Part shown: positions 1 through 11,973 of the stretch, in pieces | Layout: every line of letters begins with the position of its first letter | Numbering within the stretch: position 1 is the first letter of the stretch | Origin: Mobula birostris | Lineage: Eukaryota | NCBI RefSeq assembly: GCF_030028105.1 | Contig: NC_092381.1 | Span: 42,323,474-42,387,473, forward strand | Reading direction: 5' to 3' | Length of the DNA stretch: 64,000 nt | Notes under the pieces: generated by a model | What the model saw: the letters and a program-made list of their open reading frames with translations, nothing else | Database searches by the model: none | What the model was told of the DNA's origin: nothing | Translations under genes and position numbers: made by a program

Positions 1-547
1 AACTTTCAAATTAATTCAACCCAGAAAACACTGTAACTAGCATATCAAACAGGCCATAGCTGTCTTTCTTTAAGAATATTACAATACTTCATACCTTTCG
101 TAGTAACTTCTACTTTGAAAAAGGATCACTCGACAACTTCATGTCCAAAGGAACAACTTTATCTGGGACGGCAAAACCAATACGGCAGAGGGGTTTATAC
201 ACACATGCGCAGAAAAGACCGGAAGTAAAACCCCGCAACCCCGGAAACAACAACCTCTGTTTACAAACAGCTTTCCGTAGCGGGAGTATTGCTATATTAC
301 CATTATCCTAATTGGTACTAACTTACCTTTATAATGCTCACATTACAATACTTGCCCCCCTTTAAATTCCAACATTCTCCAAATGTAAAAGAACTGGGAA
401 ACAAAAAACAGTGGTGTCATTAGTTTGCGTACCCCTGAAACTTATACTAGTGTCTCAGTAAGTTTACCAATACAAAACACCTGAAAATCGTGGCAGATTC
501 AACATTCAGTCTAACAAAGGAAACCGTCCATTCGAATATTCAGTCTG

Positions 548-1831
548 TCAGGAGGTTTGCGAGGGCACTGTGCTGCAACAGTCTGTTGACTTGCTGCCTG
601 AGATAAAGAAGCGAGGAGCACGAGGAACTGTCAGATGATGCGTGCTATTGGATTTAGGGTTTCTGACAGACCTAATGGCTAAATTAAACGCACTCATGGG
701 AAACCAGCTCATGGGAAAAGACCGACACCTGCCCCACATGATAAGCACAGTAAATGCGTTTAAGGCCAAGTTCGGTGTTTGGATTTCAAATTTAAAGAAT
801 GGGAGGCTGACACACTTTCCCAACTTGGAAAACTGTTATAGGCCGTCAAGGGAAAAAAAATGCTTTTCACCCTGAGCAGTACTGTGCTTACCTAGACAAA
901 CTGGCAATAGAGTTCAATCAGCGTTTTGGGGAGTTAAACGTCATGAAAGATATTGCTGCATTTATTTCAAACCCATTTCTGCTGATCGAAATAAAACAGA
1001 TAGCAGCCAAATTCCAGCAAGTATTTGGTGTGCCAAGTGATATTGAGATAGAAATAATTGAGTTGCAAAATAACATTGAGCTTAAAGCAAGATCAAGGGA
1101 CGGTGACTTTTGTGGGCTTGTCAGCAGGGAGAACTTTCCTCATCTCACCACAAGTGCACTAAAAGTTAGTGCCTACTTTGGGTCAACTTATCTACATGAA
1201 ATTGCATTTTCACAGATGAAAACTATTAAATCTAAGTACAGGAGTTGTCTTACTGACAGACACCTCACAGACCGTCTCAAACTGCCTGACTGTAGTTATG
1301 AGCCAAATTTCAAGGAACTAGCGGAAAGTGTTCAGCCCCAGTCATCACACTGAGTGCAACAGTCAATTTTTATTCATTTATTTTTCATGTTGAAATAAAA
1401 CTAAATAATGAACCTTAGAATTAAAGGTGTTGTAATGTGAGCATTATAAAGATAAGTTAATACCAATTAGGATAATGGTAATATAGCAATACTCTCACTA
1501 CGGAAAGTTGTTTGTAAACAGAAGTTGTTTCCGGGGTTGCGGGGTTTTACTTCTGGTCTTTTCTGCACATGTGTGTATAAGCCCCTCCACTACATTGGTT
1601 TTGCTGTCCCAGATAAAGTTGTTCCTTTGGGCACGAAGTTGTCGAGTGGTCCTTTTTCAAAGTAGAAATTACTACATATGACTCACATATGCGCTCTAGG
1701 GGTAAAATTTGCTTTTCCATCAAAAGGTTTATCAGGCATAATGTATTTATGTATTTTATTTTTTCTTGGGATCTACTGGGAAAGTCTCAAAGATCGACCA
1801 GTCGATCGCAATCGAGGGGTTGGCGACCACT
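548..1831 (+). mobile_element. Decayed hAT (Charlie/SPIN/GTF2IRD2-like) transposon, 3' part
   Basis: Broken ORFs 642-875 and 943-1353 with hATC motif FGSTYLHEIAFSQMKTIKSKYRS; right TIR-like GGTTGGCGACCACT near 1818-1831. Confidence 0.85.
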
Positions 1832-2419
1832 ACCATAGATAGTACAAATGCACGTTGGGAATGGAGTGAATGGCCTGCTCTCATAGCCAAACTGTAGATA
1901 TGGCTACCTCAGTTCAATTTCTGGCACAGAAAACAACACTAATTCAGGTGTTAACGTAATAGAAAAAGAGTTCAGAATCTATGAGTAATGAATTATCCTT
2001 CTTGTAAAAGAGAAAGAAGCAGGCTGTGTGAAGTTGGGGGAATGAAGTTGCAAGCATGCAGCAAAGCTCTCCTGAGGAAGTAAGGTCAGTAACTGTCCAG
2101 GAGGTGATGATCTGGTCATGGGGTTATGGTCCAGAGTGACATGAAATTTCTGAGAGCTCCCATTAACCCTTTGCAAGATGGAAGTTAGTTTGCAAAAACC
2201 AGACTAAGTGCTGCTTACAGTGAATAAGGGCAGTAGAAAAATTTTAATTTTCAATGTCAGTCTTGCAATAAGCTATGAACAGATAGCTTTATTTCTCACA
2301 TGTACATTGAGAGATCAAAACACAGTGAAATATGTCATTCATAGCAATGACCAATATAGGATGTGCTGGGGGCAACGCACAAGTGCCATCATGTTTATAG
2401 CGGCAACGTGATATGCCTA

Positions 2420-2578
2420 TAACTTACTAACACTAACCCATACATGTTTGAAATATACAAGGAAACCGGAGCACCAGGAGGAAACCCACACAGTTACAGG
2501 GGAGAATGTACAAACTCCTTACAGATAGTGGCAGGAATTGAAACCCAGTCACTAGCACAGTAAAGTGTTACGCACAGT
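2420..2578 (-). mobile_element. tRNA-derived V-SINE-like element
   Basis: ggaaaccggagcacc..ggaaacccac..cacaggg.agaatgtacaaactcc core typical of fish/shark V-SINEs. Confidence 0.7.
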
Positions 2579-3061
2579 AAACGGTTTCCCTCTTCTGAGA
2601 TACAGAATCAAAGAGGAGTGCCATCTATGCGCATGAAGTGAGTAACCAAGAATGAGCTAGTCCAGTATCTCAAACTGCTCACTTGTAGAATTGAACCATG
2701 CTACAATGCTACTGCTTCCTTGCACAATCATCTGGGCCAACATTATATGTTGCAGACCTTGCATGACTATCTACACTAATAAGTAAAGAAAATTGTTTCT
2801 TTATAATCTGGTAAACACACTATTTTGTAGCCAACTGGGTCATCTGTATTGCAAAAGTCAAAATTTTATGCTACTGACATGACTCTATTTTTCAGAAAAA
2901 TAAAGGCATGCTGTTCCATGAGAATGTTCACACAACGTTATATTGATGAGAAAATCCAGAAGCTAAAATAAAAACACTTAAATCTACATCTCTAGATGTC
3001 TTTGAAAATTGCAATTTAAACATTGGATAAATTGATTAGGAAACAAAGTAGTGCTACGTAC

Positions 3062-3215
3062 CAAGCTAAATGAGCAAAATGGGAATCTGTAGAAGCAGCA
3101 ATTATTTCACAATTAACCTTGTTGAAATCTTCTACACGATCACTAAAAGCAATAATCTCAGTTGGACATACATAGGAGAAATCAAGTGGGTAGAAAAAGA
3201 AGACTACATATTTTC
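3062..3215 (-). CDS. PRDX1: PRDX1 second coding exon with the peroxidatic Cys
   Basis: [21 protein letters not shown] motif; 154 nt with AG/GT ends. Confidence 0.95.
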
Positions 3216-4049
3216 CTGTGAAGAAAATGAACAAGTTAATTTATAAATACCACACTGTGCAATCAAAACCATTAGGCAGTCTTTCAACATATTCCGGCAT
3301 TTTTCTCATGTTTTGGTTGATCTTCCAAAGTTTAAAAGATTCTAAGATTTTATTACAATCAAGGTATATGGGATCATTATACCAAAGACCTCCAAGAGGA
3401 CCACAACCTTGTCATGGTTTGGAGGCTTGCATGCTTCAAAGACCTGGAGAACTATGCTGGCTGGAGTCAGGGCCTTATGCTTTGCCTTTGGTCACCCATG
3501 CCAGTAAGGTCAAAGCATAGAGGCCAGACTAAGAATGGTCCATCTGTCCCCCAGTTTTGCAGATTCAGCTCAGGGATAACAACCTTAATCAGTCAAAGAA
3601 AGCTATTGCAGAAACAGCAATGAAGAATCCTTCAACATCTGGATGGCCAAGGAGGACCTTCATCACTGCGCTAAACATCAGCAGTGTACTGGGTAGGAAT
3701 TAAGTACAACAAAGATAAAAGACCTTATTGAATAGAAGAGCAGGCACAAGGAGCCACATGCCATACACCTGCTTCTACAATATTCTATCACTGTGTTTTA
3801 TGAAGTTAGTTTTCCTCTCCCATGGCCTGTTCGGAGCTTTGACATTCTTTATTCAATTCTAATGTGCTAGAGAAGAGAAGTTCAAAGGGGGAAGGGGCTC
3901 ATTAATAGGGTGCCAAACTGGGTGCAACTGTCATTATGTTTACCTCTGTATTTAGATAGTTGGAGTTGTTCAAACTGTCCATTAGGCATCACAGCTGTAG
4001 CTTCAAAATCAGGAGCTAACTTCCCAATCACAGCTCTTCCAGAAGTCAT
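3062..4049 (-). CDS. PRDX1: Peroxiredoxin-1 (typical 2-Cys Prx), 5' part; coding exons 4049-3944 and 3215-3062, remaining exons lie left of the window
   Basis: Spliced translation [87 protein letters not shown]; GT-AG sites; 106- and 154-nt coding exons as in vertebrate PRDX1; synteny with AKR1A1 and NASP. Confidence 0.93.
3944..4049 (-). CDS. PRDX1: PRDX1 first coding exon (exon starts at 4060, ATG 4049)
   Basis: cag|GTTGATTCAGAATG acceptor, AG|gta donor; [22 protein letters not shown]. Confidence 0.92.
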
Positions 4050-4584
4050 TCTGAATCAACCTGAAAAAATAATTTTTGAATAAACAGGTTGTCCTGTTAA
4101 ATTTTGCTTTGACATCTTCTTTACCTCATATGGTGACCTAAAACTTCCTTGACACATTGAAGCATAGGTTAGAATACTTGACTGCTGCAAGACAATGAGG
4201 TGATATTCTAAAGCACTCATCATGTAAGCAAATATACAACTGAATCTGAAACACTGGGTCTTCTGGCCTTAACATATAGAAATTCTGAACACATCTTCCT
4301 GGTTCAGACCCATCATCTCCAATCACCATTTGCACTCACCCTTTATCTCATATTTACCTGATCCTAATCCAGAGGGTTTTATTAACTGATTCAGTTAAGT
4401 GTTGGATTCTATCATCCTGATTTAAATAACTACAAGATTTCCAAGGAAGATGCCCCATTGCCAAAGACCTCAAAGTTCTGACAACCAAGAAGTACCTACA
4501 CCTTGTTTTGCTAGCTGTTGAAAATGTTTTTGGTATTAAAAAGACTATTGTACTGTATAGCACAGAAAAATGTTCCATTACAAT

Positions 4585-6123
4585 GTTGTGTCTTCTGGAA
4601 GTAAAGGAGACGACGGAGACATAAGAGAGGCTTTACTGCAATTAGCGGCTGAACTAAGAAAATTAAGAACAGAGCTTAGAGACGTGAAGATGTGTTATGA
4701 TAAAGCTATGAAAAGACAGGATAAAATGGATAAGAAACTTCAGAAGATGGAAAGAACAATGGAGCATATTAACGATAGAGTGGAAAAAACAGAAAATAAT
4801 GTGCTTGTCTGGAACACTGAAAGAAATCGACTCTTGGAGAAAGTGGACGTGTTGGAAAATTTTAGTCGACATAATAACATTAAAATTGTTGGTCTTAAAG
4901 AAGGTATAGAGGGAGATAATCCAATAGAATTTTTTCAAAGATGGATCCCGAAAACCTTGCAAATGAAAGAGGAAGACCGATCAATTGAAATTGAGCGGGT
5001 ACATAGAGCTCTAAGACCAAAACCACAAGATGACCAATATCCATGATCAATTTTAATAAAATTCTTAAGATTTCAAGACAAAGAAAGGATTCTACAGGCG
5101 GCTGCCCAAGCTGCCAAGAAGAGAAAAGGGCCACTGAAGATAGAAGGAAAGAAAATTTTTTTCTACCCTGACATAAGTTATGAACGTTTGAAAAGAAGGA
5201 AGAAGTTTAATCCAGTGAAAAAAGCCCTATGGGATCACGGTTATCAATTTATATTGCGTTATCATGCAACCTTGAAGATTTTTTTGCCTGGTGGAGAAAA
5301 AAGATTTTTTGACAATTACCGGAAAGCGGAGGAGTTTGTGCGAGATTCTTTGAATATTCACCAGATACAAGAACAAACTTAAGGGAGCGAGATGGATTGA
5401 AGATGAAGACTGGATCAAGGATTAGGCCTGTTGAATTTTTAGGCGGATGAATATACAAATACATTATTAATTATATGAGGGAGGGGAAGAAAGGCTAAAA
5501 TTTGAGGAATATTAGCTGAGAATAATATTAATTTTTATATATATAATTTTTTGTTACGGGGGAGCTGGAAGAAATACTGACCAATCGCTACGTTATTCAT
5601 GTGTGCAAGCGTGGAAACAGCCACGACCCGCACAATGGAGGGGGGTAGTGTTGTGTATCTTTTCATTCACAACATTAGTGGGGGGGGGTATTTTGTTTTT
5701 TCTTTTTTTGTATCTTATCTATCTTTTTTTTCTTTTTGCCTGGATGATTGGGAGGGAAACACATAGCAACATGGTGAAGTTCAGAGATTCCCCAGGGAAC
5801 TATGAGAGTTGAGAAGCTAAGTAATGTTTTAGATTTTAAGAGATAAATATGTAACATTTTTGAATATTTGGAGCACTTATTTATAGCTGCGATGATGAAG
5901 ATGTTGGTTCCTTGGGGGAAAGTAACAAATCTGTATTAAATTTATTTAATGTGCAAACCTTCCAATATTCAAGCGGTTCCTTTTTTTTTTCTTTTTTTCT
6001 TTTCTTTTTGGGTGGGAGTATATATCGGGGTGGGAGGGTTAAGGAGAGGGGGGAGGGGGAGGGTAGATTTTTTTTCCTCATGTATCACTTTGAAAACTCA
6101 ATAAAAATTATATTAAAAAAAAC
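4585..6123 (+). mobile_element. LINE-1 derivative: ORF1 (one premature stop) plus the last codons of ORF2 and 3' tail
   Basis: ENFSRHNNIKIVGLKEGIEG, IEIERVHRAL, P*SILIKFLRFQDKERIL, IFFYPDIS in one frame 4570-5382; G-rich 3'UTR, AATAAA and A-tail at about 6100-6123. Confidence 0.88.
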
Positions 6124-6124
6124 C

Positions 6125-6620
6125 TAACAGGAACATAAAGATTCTGTACTCTCAAAATTTCACCTTTAAATCTCCATTTCTCTATTACATCCTTCCCATA
6201 AAACAAACTGTCCTAATCCACTCCTTCTAAATCCTTTCACATCTCCTCAAAGTTAGCTTTTCTCCAATCAAAAATCTCAACCCTGAGTCCAGATCTATCC
6301 CTCTCCATAACTATATTGAAACTAATAGCATTGAGATCACTGGACCCGAAGTGCTCCCCAACACAAACCTCTGTCACCTGACCTATCTCATTCCCTAACA
6401 GGAGATCCAACACTGCCCCTTCTCTCGTTGGTACCCCTACGTATTGCTGCAAAAAACTATCTTGCACACATTTTACAAACTCCAAACCATCCAGCCCTTT
6501 TACAGTATGGGCTTCCCAGTCTATGTGTGGAAAATTAAAATCTCCCACAATCACAACCTTGTGCCTACTACTGATATCTGCTATCTCCTTACAAATTTGC
6601 TCCTCCAATTCTCGCTCCAT
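6125..6620 (-). mobile_element. CR1 LINE endonuclease fragment
   Basis: VIVGDFNFPHIDW, PTREGAVLDLLL, GSSDLNAI. Confidence 0.88.
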
Positions 6621-7814
6621 ATTATATATACATATATATACATATAAAATTCAATAAAAATATTGTTTTAAAAAATCTGGCATTGCAGCTGTGCTTAGCC
6701 TCAGTTATAAGTGTAAAGTGAGTAGAGCAGGGGACTAAGCACACAGCTTTGTGGTGTACCTGTGCTGTTGAAGATTGCAGAGGAGCTGTTGCTGTCAATC
6801 TGAACTGACTGGGTCTTCAAGTGAGGAAATTGAGGAAGCAATTGTACAGGTGGTTATAAGCCCCTAAAAAAAAGGTCCAAGGCATGGGAATATTTGCTGA
6901 CCAAAAAAAGCTACTACTATGGTGTCAGATGTATAGCAGACTCAGAAGCAATACTGATTCTAAGTAAATAACTTGATTAATAATGGCAAGACGGAAATCT
7001 TTAGAAACTATTCACTGCTCTAGAGTAGTACAGTTTCAGAATAGTCAGAATGTCAGCTGAATTTAACAATGGCATTATCAACGGTAATGCCTAACTCAGT
7101 TGTGAAGTTTTGAATAGGGATTATTCATCTCTTTGTCCAGTAAGGAAATTAGACTTATGAAGGAATAGTATTCTTCATTAAACAAATCTACATTTATATA
7201 CTTCAGCCTTGGATAATCCACAAGCCCTAAACAATTCTAAGTAACAGCCACAGCCCATCCATTGATTTCATGGCCTCGCCTAACTATCAAACTTGGACAG
7301 AATTTCAACTCTCTTGCAAGTAAAGCTCAAGGTACATCCATCATATTCCATATTCAATCAATGGGCCTGATCACATGCAGAAATCCTAAACTTACTCATG
7401 GACAGTTCCATATTTGTCAATGTGCTCTACCCAGTAGCAAAGCTGCAACCTGTTAATCCAATTATTTACATTGGAAAGTTACTAGAACAAGTGATTTCAA
7501 CTGGGATTGTTGGGCATAGTAAAGGAAAATTACTTATTTCTTTGATTTAAGGTTTTTAAACCACATAATTTTTTAAAAACATCTCTCATGGGCTTGTGTA
7601 TTTACTTCATTATTTGTAGTTTCAAATATCTCTCGATGTCTGAGGTATTTAAAAACTAAAATTCTCACAGATCTGAAAACAAGCAAAGCTGGGAGTAGCC
7701 TTTTGCCTGTCCATTTTAAAGGCAGTGTCCCCAATGAACCTTTAGCTACATGGACCAAGTCACAGGAATCCTGGACCTTCCAGTTAAGCAAGGTTGACCA
7801 GTTCACTTGTACTC

Positions 7815-8270
7815 AAAGACATAGAGCACTACAACACAGAAACAGGCCCTTTGGCCCAACTAGTCTATGCCCAGACTGGTTTTCTACTTCATCCCATCGA
7901 CCTGCACCCAGAGCATAGCCCTTCACACCTCTCTTATTCATGTACTGTATCTGTCCAAACTCCTCTTAAATATTGTAATTGAACCTGCATCTACCACTTC
8001 TGCTCTGGCAATTTGTTCCACATTCACACCACACTCTGAGTGATTACATTCACCCCTCAGATTCCCCATAAAATACGAAACAATGACCTCCAGTTCTACT
8101 CACCCGAGGATGAAAACCTTATTTGCAGCCCCCCGCCCCCATTGTGTATACCTCTACCATCCCCCTTCATTGTCCTGCACTATGGAATAAAGTCCTAACC
8201 TATTCAACCTTTCCTTGTAACTCAGGACCTCAAGTCCCAGCAACATCCTTGTAAAAATTTCTCTGCAATG
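7815..8270 (-). mobile_element. CR1 LINE 3' end fragment
   Basis: acatagagcactac..acaggccctt.ggccca tail and RT C-terminal remnant. Confidence 0.65.
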
Positions 8271-8384
8271 AGATAGTGGGAAAACATGTGCCATTCAGGT
8301 AGCTCATGGAATATGTAAATACATTGAGATAATGACAGAAACCAGATTGCAGAATATAATCAAGCTTATTGTCGTTCAACCATA

Positions 8385-10750
8385 CAAGTACGATAGATAA
8401 AGGAGATGCGGTGGATGTTGTATACCTGGACTTTCAGAAAGCCTTTGACAAAGGGTGTCACACGAGGCTGCTTACCAAGTTAACAGCCCATGGTATTACA
8501 GGAAAGTTACTAACATGGTTAGAGCACTGGCTGATTGGAAGAAGGCAGTGTGTGGGAATAAAAGGATCCTTGCAACACACATCAAAGTTGCTGGTGAACG
8601 CAGCAAGCCAGGCAGCATCTCTAGGAAGAGGTACAGTCAACGTTTCAGGCCGAGACCCTTTGTCAGGACTAACTGAAGACAGAGCTAGTAAGAGATTTGA
8701 AAGGGGGAGGGGGAAGGGGAGATCCGAAATGATAGAAGACAGGAGGGGGAGGGATGGAGTAAAGAGCTGGACAGTTGATTGACAAAAGAGATATGAGATG
8801 ATCATGGGACACAAAAAGGGTATGAGAGGATCATGGGACAGGAGGCCCAGGGAGAAGGAAAAGGGGGAGGGGTGAAGCCCAGAGGATGGGCAAGGGGTAT
8901 AGTGAGGGGGACAGAGGGAGAAAAAGGAGAGAGAGCAAATGAATGTGTGTATATAAATAAATAACGGATGGGGTACGAGGGGGAGGTGGGGCATTAGTGG
9001 AAGTTTGAGAAGTCAATGTTCATGCCAGACAGAATATAAGGTGTTGTTCCTCCAACCTGAATGAGGCCTTGGATAGACATGTCAGAATGGGAATGGGATG
9101 TGGAATTAAAATGTGTGGCCACTGGGAGATCCTGCTTTCTCTGGCGGACAGAGCGTAGGCGTTCAGCAAAATGATCTCCCAGTCTGCGTCGGGTCTTGCC
9201 AATATATAGAGGCCACATTGGGAGCACCGGACGCAGTATATCACCCCAGTCGACTCACAGGTGAAGTGTCGCCTCACCTGGAAGGACTGTCTGGGGCCCT
9301 GAATGGTGGTAAGGGAGGAAGTGTAAGGGCATGTGTAGATGTGTAGCACTTGTTCCGCTTACACGGATAAGTACCAGGAGGGAGATCGGTGGGGAGGGAT
9401 GCAGGGTATGAATGGACAAGGGAGTCGCGTAGGGAGCGATCCCTGTGGAAAGTGGGGGGGGGGGGGGGAGGGAAAAATATGCTTAGCGGTGGGATCCCGT
9501 TGGAGGTGGCGGAAGTTACGGAGAATATGTTGGACCCAGAGGCTGGTGGGGTGGTAGGTGAGGACCAGGGGAACCCTATTCCTAGTGGGGTGGCAGGAGG
9601 ATGGAGTGAGAGCAGACATGCGTGAAAAGGGGAAGATGCATTTGAGAGCAGAGTTGATGGTGGAGGAAGGGAAGTCCCTTTCTTTAAAAAAGGAGGACAT
9701 CTCCCTCGTCCTGGAATGAAAAGCCTCGTCCTGAGAGCAGAAAAGGATCCTTGTCTAGTTGGCTGCCAGTAATTAGAGGTGTTCTGCAGGCGTCGATGTT
9801 GGGGCCACTTCTTTTTATGCCGTATATCAATGAAATAGATGGTTTTGTTGCCAGGTTTGCAGATTATACGAAGATTGGTGGAGGGGCAGGTAGTGTTGAG
9901 AAAACAGTTACAATGCAGAAGGACTTAGACAGATTAGGAGAATGGGCAAGAAAGTGGCAAATTAAATACAATGTTGGAAAATGCATGGTCATGCACTTTT
10001 GTTAGCAGAAATAAATGTGCAGAGTATTTTCTAAACGGGGAGAAAATCCAGGAATCTGAGATGCAGAGGGACTTGAGAGTCCTTGTGCAGAACACCCTGA
10101 AGGTTAATGTGCAGGTTGAGTTGGTGGTGAAGACAAATGCAATGTTAGCATTAATTTCAAGAGGTCTAGAATACAAGAGCAGGGATGTGATGCTGAAGCT
10201 TTATAAGGCACTGGTGAGACCTCACCTTGTGTATTGTGTACAGTTTTGGGCCCTTCATCTTAGAAAAGATGTGCTGGCATTGGAGAGCATTCAGAGGAGG
10301 TTCACAAGGACGATTCCAGGAATGAAAGAGTTATCATACGAGGAATGTTTGATGGCTCTGGATCTGTACTCACTGAAATTTCGAACGATGAGGGGGGATC
10401 TTATTGAAACCTTTTGAATGTTGAAAGGCCTAGACAGAGTAAATGTGGAAAGGATGTTTCCCATGGTGGGAGAGACTAGGACAAGAGGGCGCAGCCTCAG
10501 GATAGAGGGGCACCCTTTCAAAACAGAGGTGTGGAGAAATTTCCTTAGCCAAAGGGTGGTAAATTTGTGAAATTTGTTGCCACAGGCAGCTGCGGAGGCC
10601 AAGTCGTTGGGTGTATTTAAGGCAAAGATTGATAAGGTCTTGATTGGACATGACATTAAAGGTTACAGGGAGAAGGCTGGGAAATGAAAAAGGATTGGCC
10701 ATGATTGAATGGCAGAGCAGACTCCATGGGCCAGATGTCTTATGGTCTTA
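8385..10750 (+). mobile_element. CR1 LINE (RT half), interrupted by a Penelope-like insertion
   Basis: VDVVYLDFQKAFDK, LGPLLF, FADYTKIGG, RGLEYKSRDVMLKLYKALVRPHL; tail (tcttatgg)n. Confidence 0.9.
8573..9740 (-). mobile_element. Penelope-like retroelement, 5'-truncated (GIY-YIG endonuclease end)
   Basis: [50 protein letters not shown]; flanked by direct repeat AAAAGGATCCTTG (8560-8572, 9741-9753). Confidence 0.9.
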
Positions 10751-11700
10751 TGCACATGTATACTGCCAAATGAGACAATGCTCCTCCAGACCAACTGCAC
10801 TACACAGTACATATAACTTGTACACACAACACAAGGTAATATTACCACAAATAACATGAGCATATATAACACAAATTACAAACAGTATATAGTTACTGTC
10901 ACTTCATACATGATGAGACTTGGGGGGTGGTGGTAGGGAGTTTAAGATACTTACGGCCTGGGGAAAGGAGCTGTTTCCCATCCTAACTCTAATGCCACCA
11001 GCAACTTTTATGTGTGTTGCTTGCATTTCCAGCATCTGCAGAATTCCTGTTGTTTGCCTAATGCCACCATGCCTAACGCCTGGTGGTAGAGGGTCAAAGA
11101 TGGGAGGGATCATTGACAATGGCAAGGGCCCTGCATCCACCGTGCTCCTGATACTATCTCTAATGGATGGAAGAGACACCCAGGTGACCTCTCAGCAAGC
11201 AAGAGAGCATCTTCAAAAGCTGGAAATCCCAGCAACTCACACAAGCAGCATTTAGGAAATGAGTACAACACACACAGACCGATGGAGGAACTCAGCAGGC
11301 CTCCCCAGCTTTTTTCTACTCCAGCCCTGCCAAAGAATTTCAAAACATCGACCGTACTCTTTTCCTAAATGCTGCCTGGCCTGCTGAGTTCCTGCAGCAT
11401 TTTGTGTATGTTGACCTCTCAGTAAATCTTTGAAGATGGTTGCCGTCAGATATCTTGTAATTCTCGTACCAGCTGGTCAGGACACGCTAGATGGTACTGT
11501 TATAATATAGCAGTTAGCTTAAAAAATGATAAAATACAGATTTCTTCTCTCTCTCTCTGAAAATATCCACTACCACACACTTCCAAGAACAACATTCGTC
11601 TCACTATTAACCGTCCCTTTTCCTTTCTATGTGGTTTTAAAGGTGCATTTCCTCACAGACTGACCAGAGAAACCAACCTTCGCTCGCCGTTCTCACTAAC

Positions 11701-11750
11701 CTGTTCGGCGCCTTCACTGAAAACCGTTGAACACGTGCAAAGCGCATCAC
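11701..11750 (-). other. PRDX1: Probable non-coding exon 1 of PRDX1
   Basis: Strong minus-strand donor CAG|GTTAGT at 11701/11700 at the edge of the CpG island; 5' boundary not determinable. Confidence 0.55.
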
Positions 11751-11758
11751 ACCTTCTG

Positions 11759-11973
11759 CACGCGCCCCGACCCCCCACCCCGGCCACCGCCCCTCCACGC
11801 GCCCCGACCCCCCACTCCGGCCACCGCCCCTCCACGCGTCCCGACCCCCCCACCCCGGCCACCGCCCCTCCACGCGCCCCGACCCCCCCACTCCGGCCAC
11901 CGCCCCTCCACGCGCCCCGACCCCCCCACCCCGGCCACCGCCCCTCCACGCGCCCCGACCCCCCCCCCCCGGC
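11759..11973. repeat. GC-rich minisatellite, 37-38 bp unit, about 5.7 copies
   Basis: Unit cacgcgccccgacccccc(c)acYccggccaccgcccctc repeated in tandem. Confidence 0.95.

Noticed and set aside
642-1353. Domesticated GTF2IRD2/EPM2AIP1-like host gene
   Set aside because: Frameshifted, C-terminal part only, and next to a TIR, so it is a transposon relic
4138-4578. Short ORFs next to the PRDX1 first coding exon
   Set aside because: Probably a very old L1 remnant; too degenerate to call
11759-11973. Tandem 37-bp units as a CRISPR-like array
   Set aside because: No unique spacers, eukaryotic context and no cas genes
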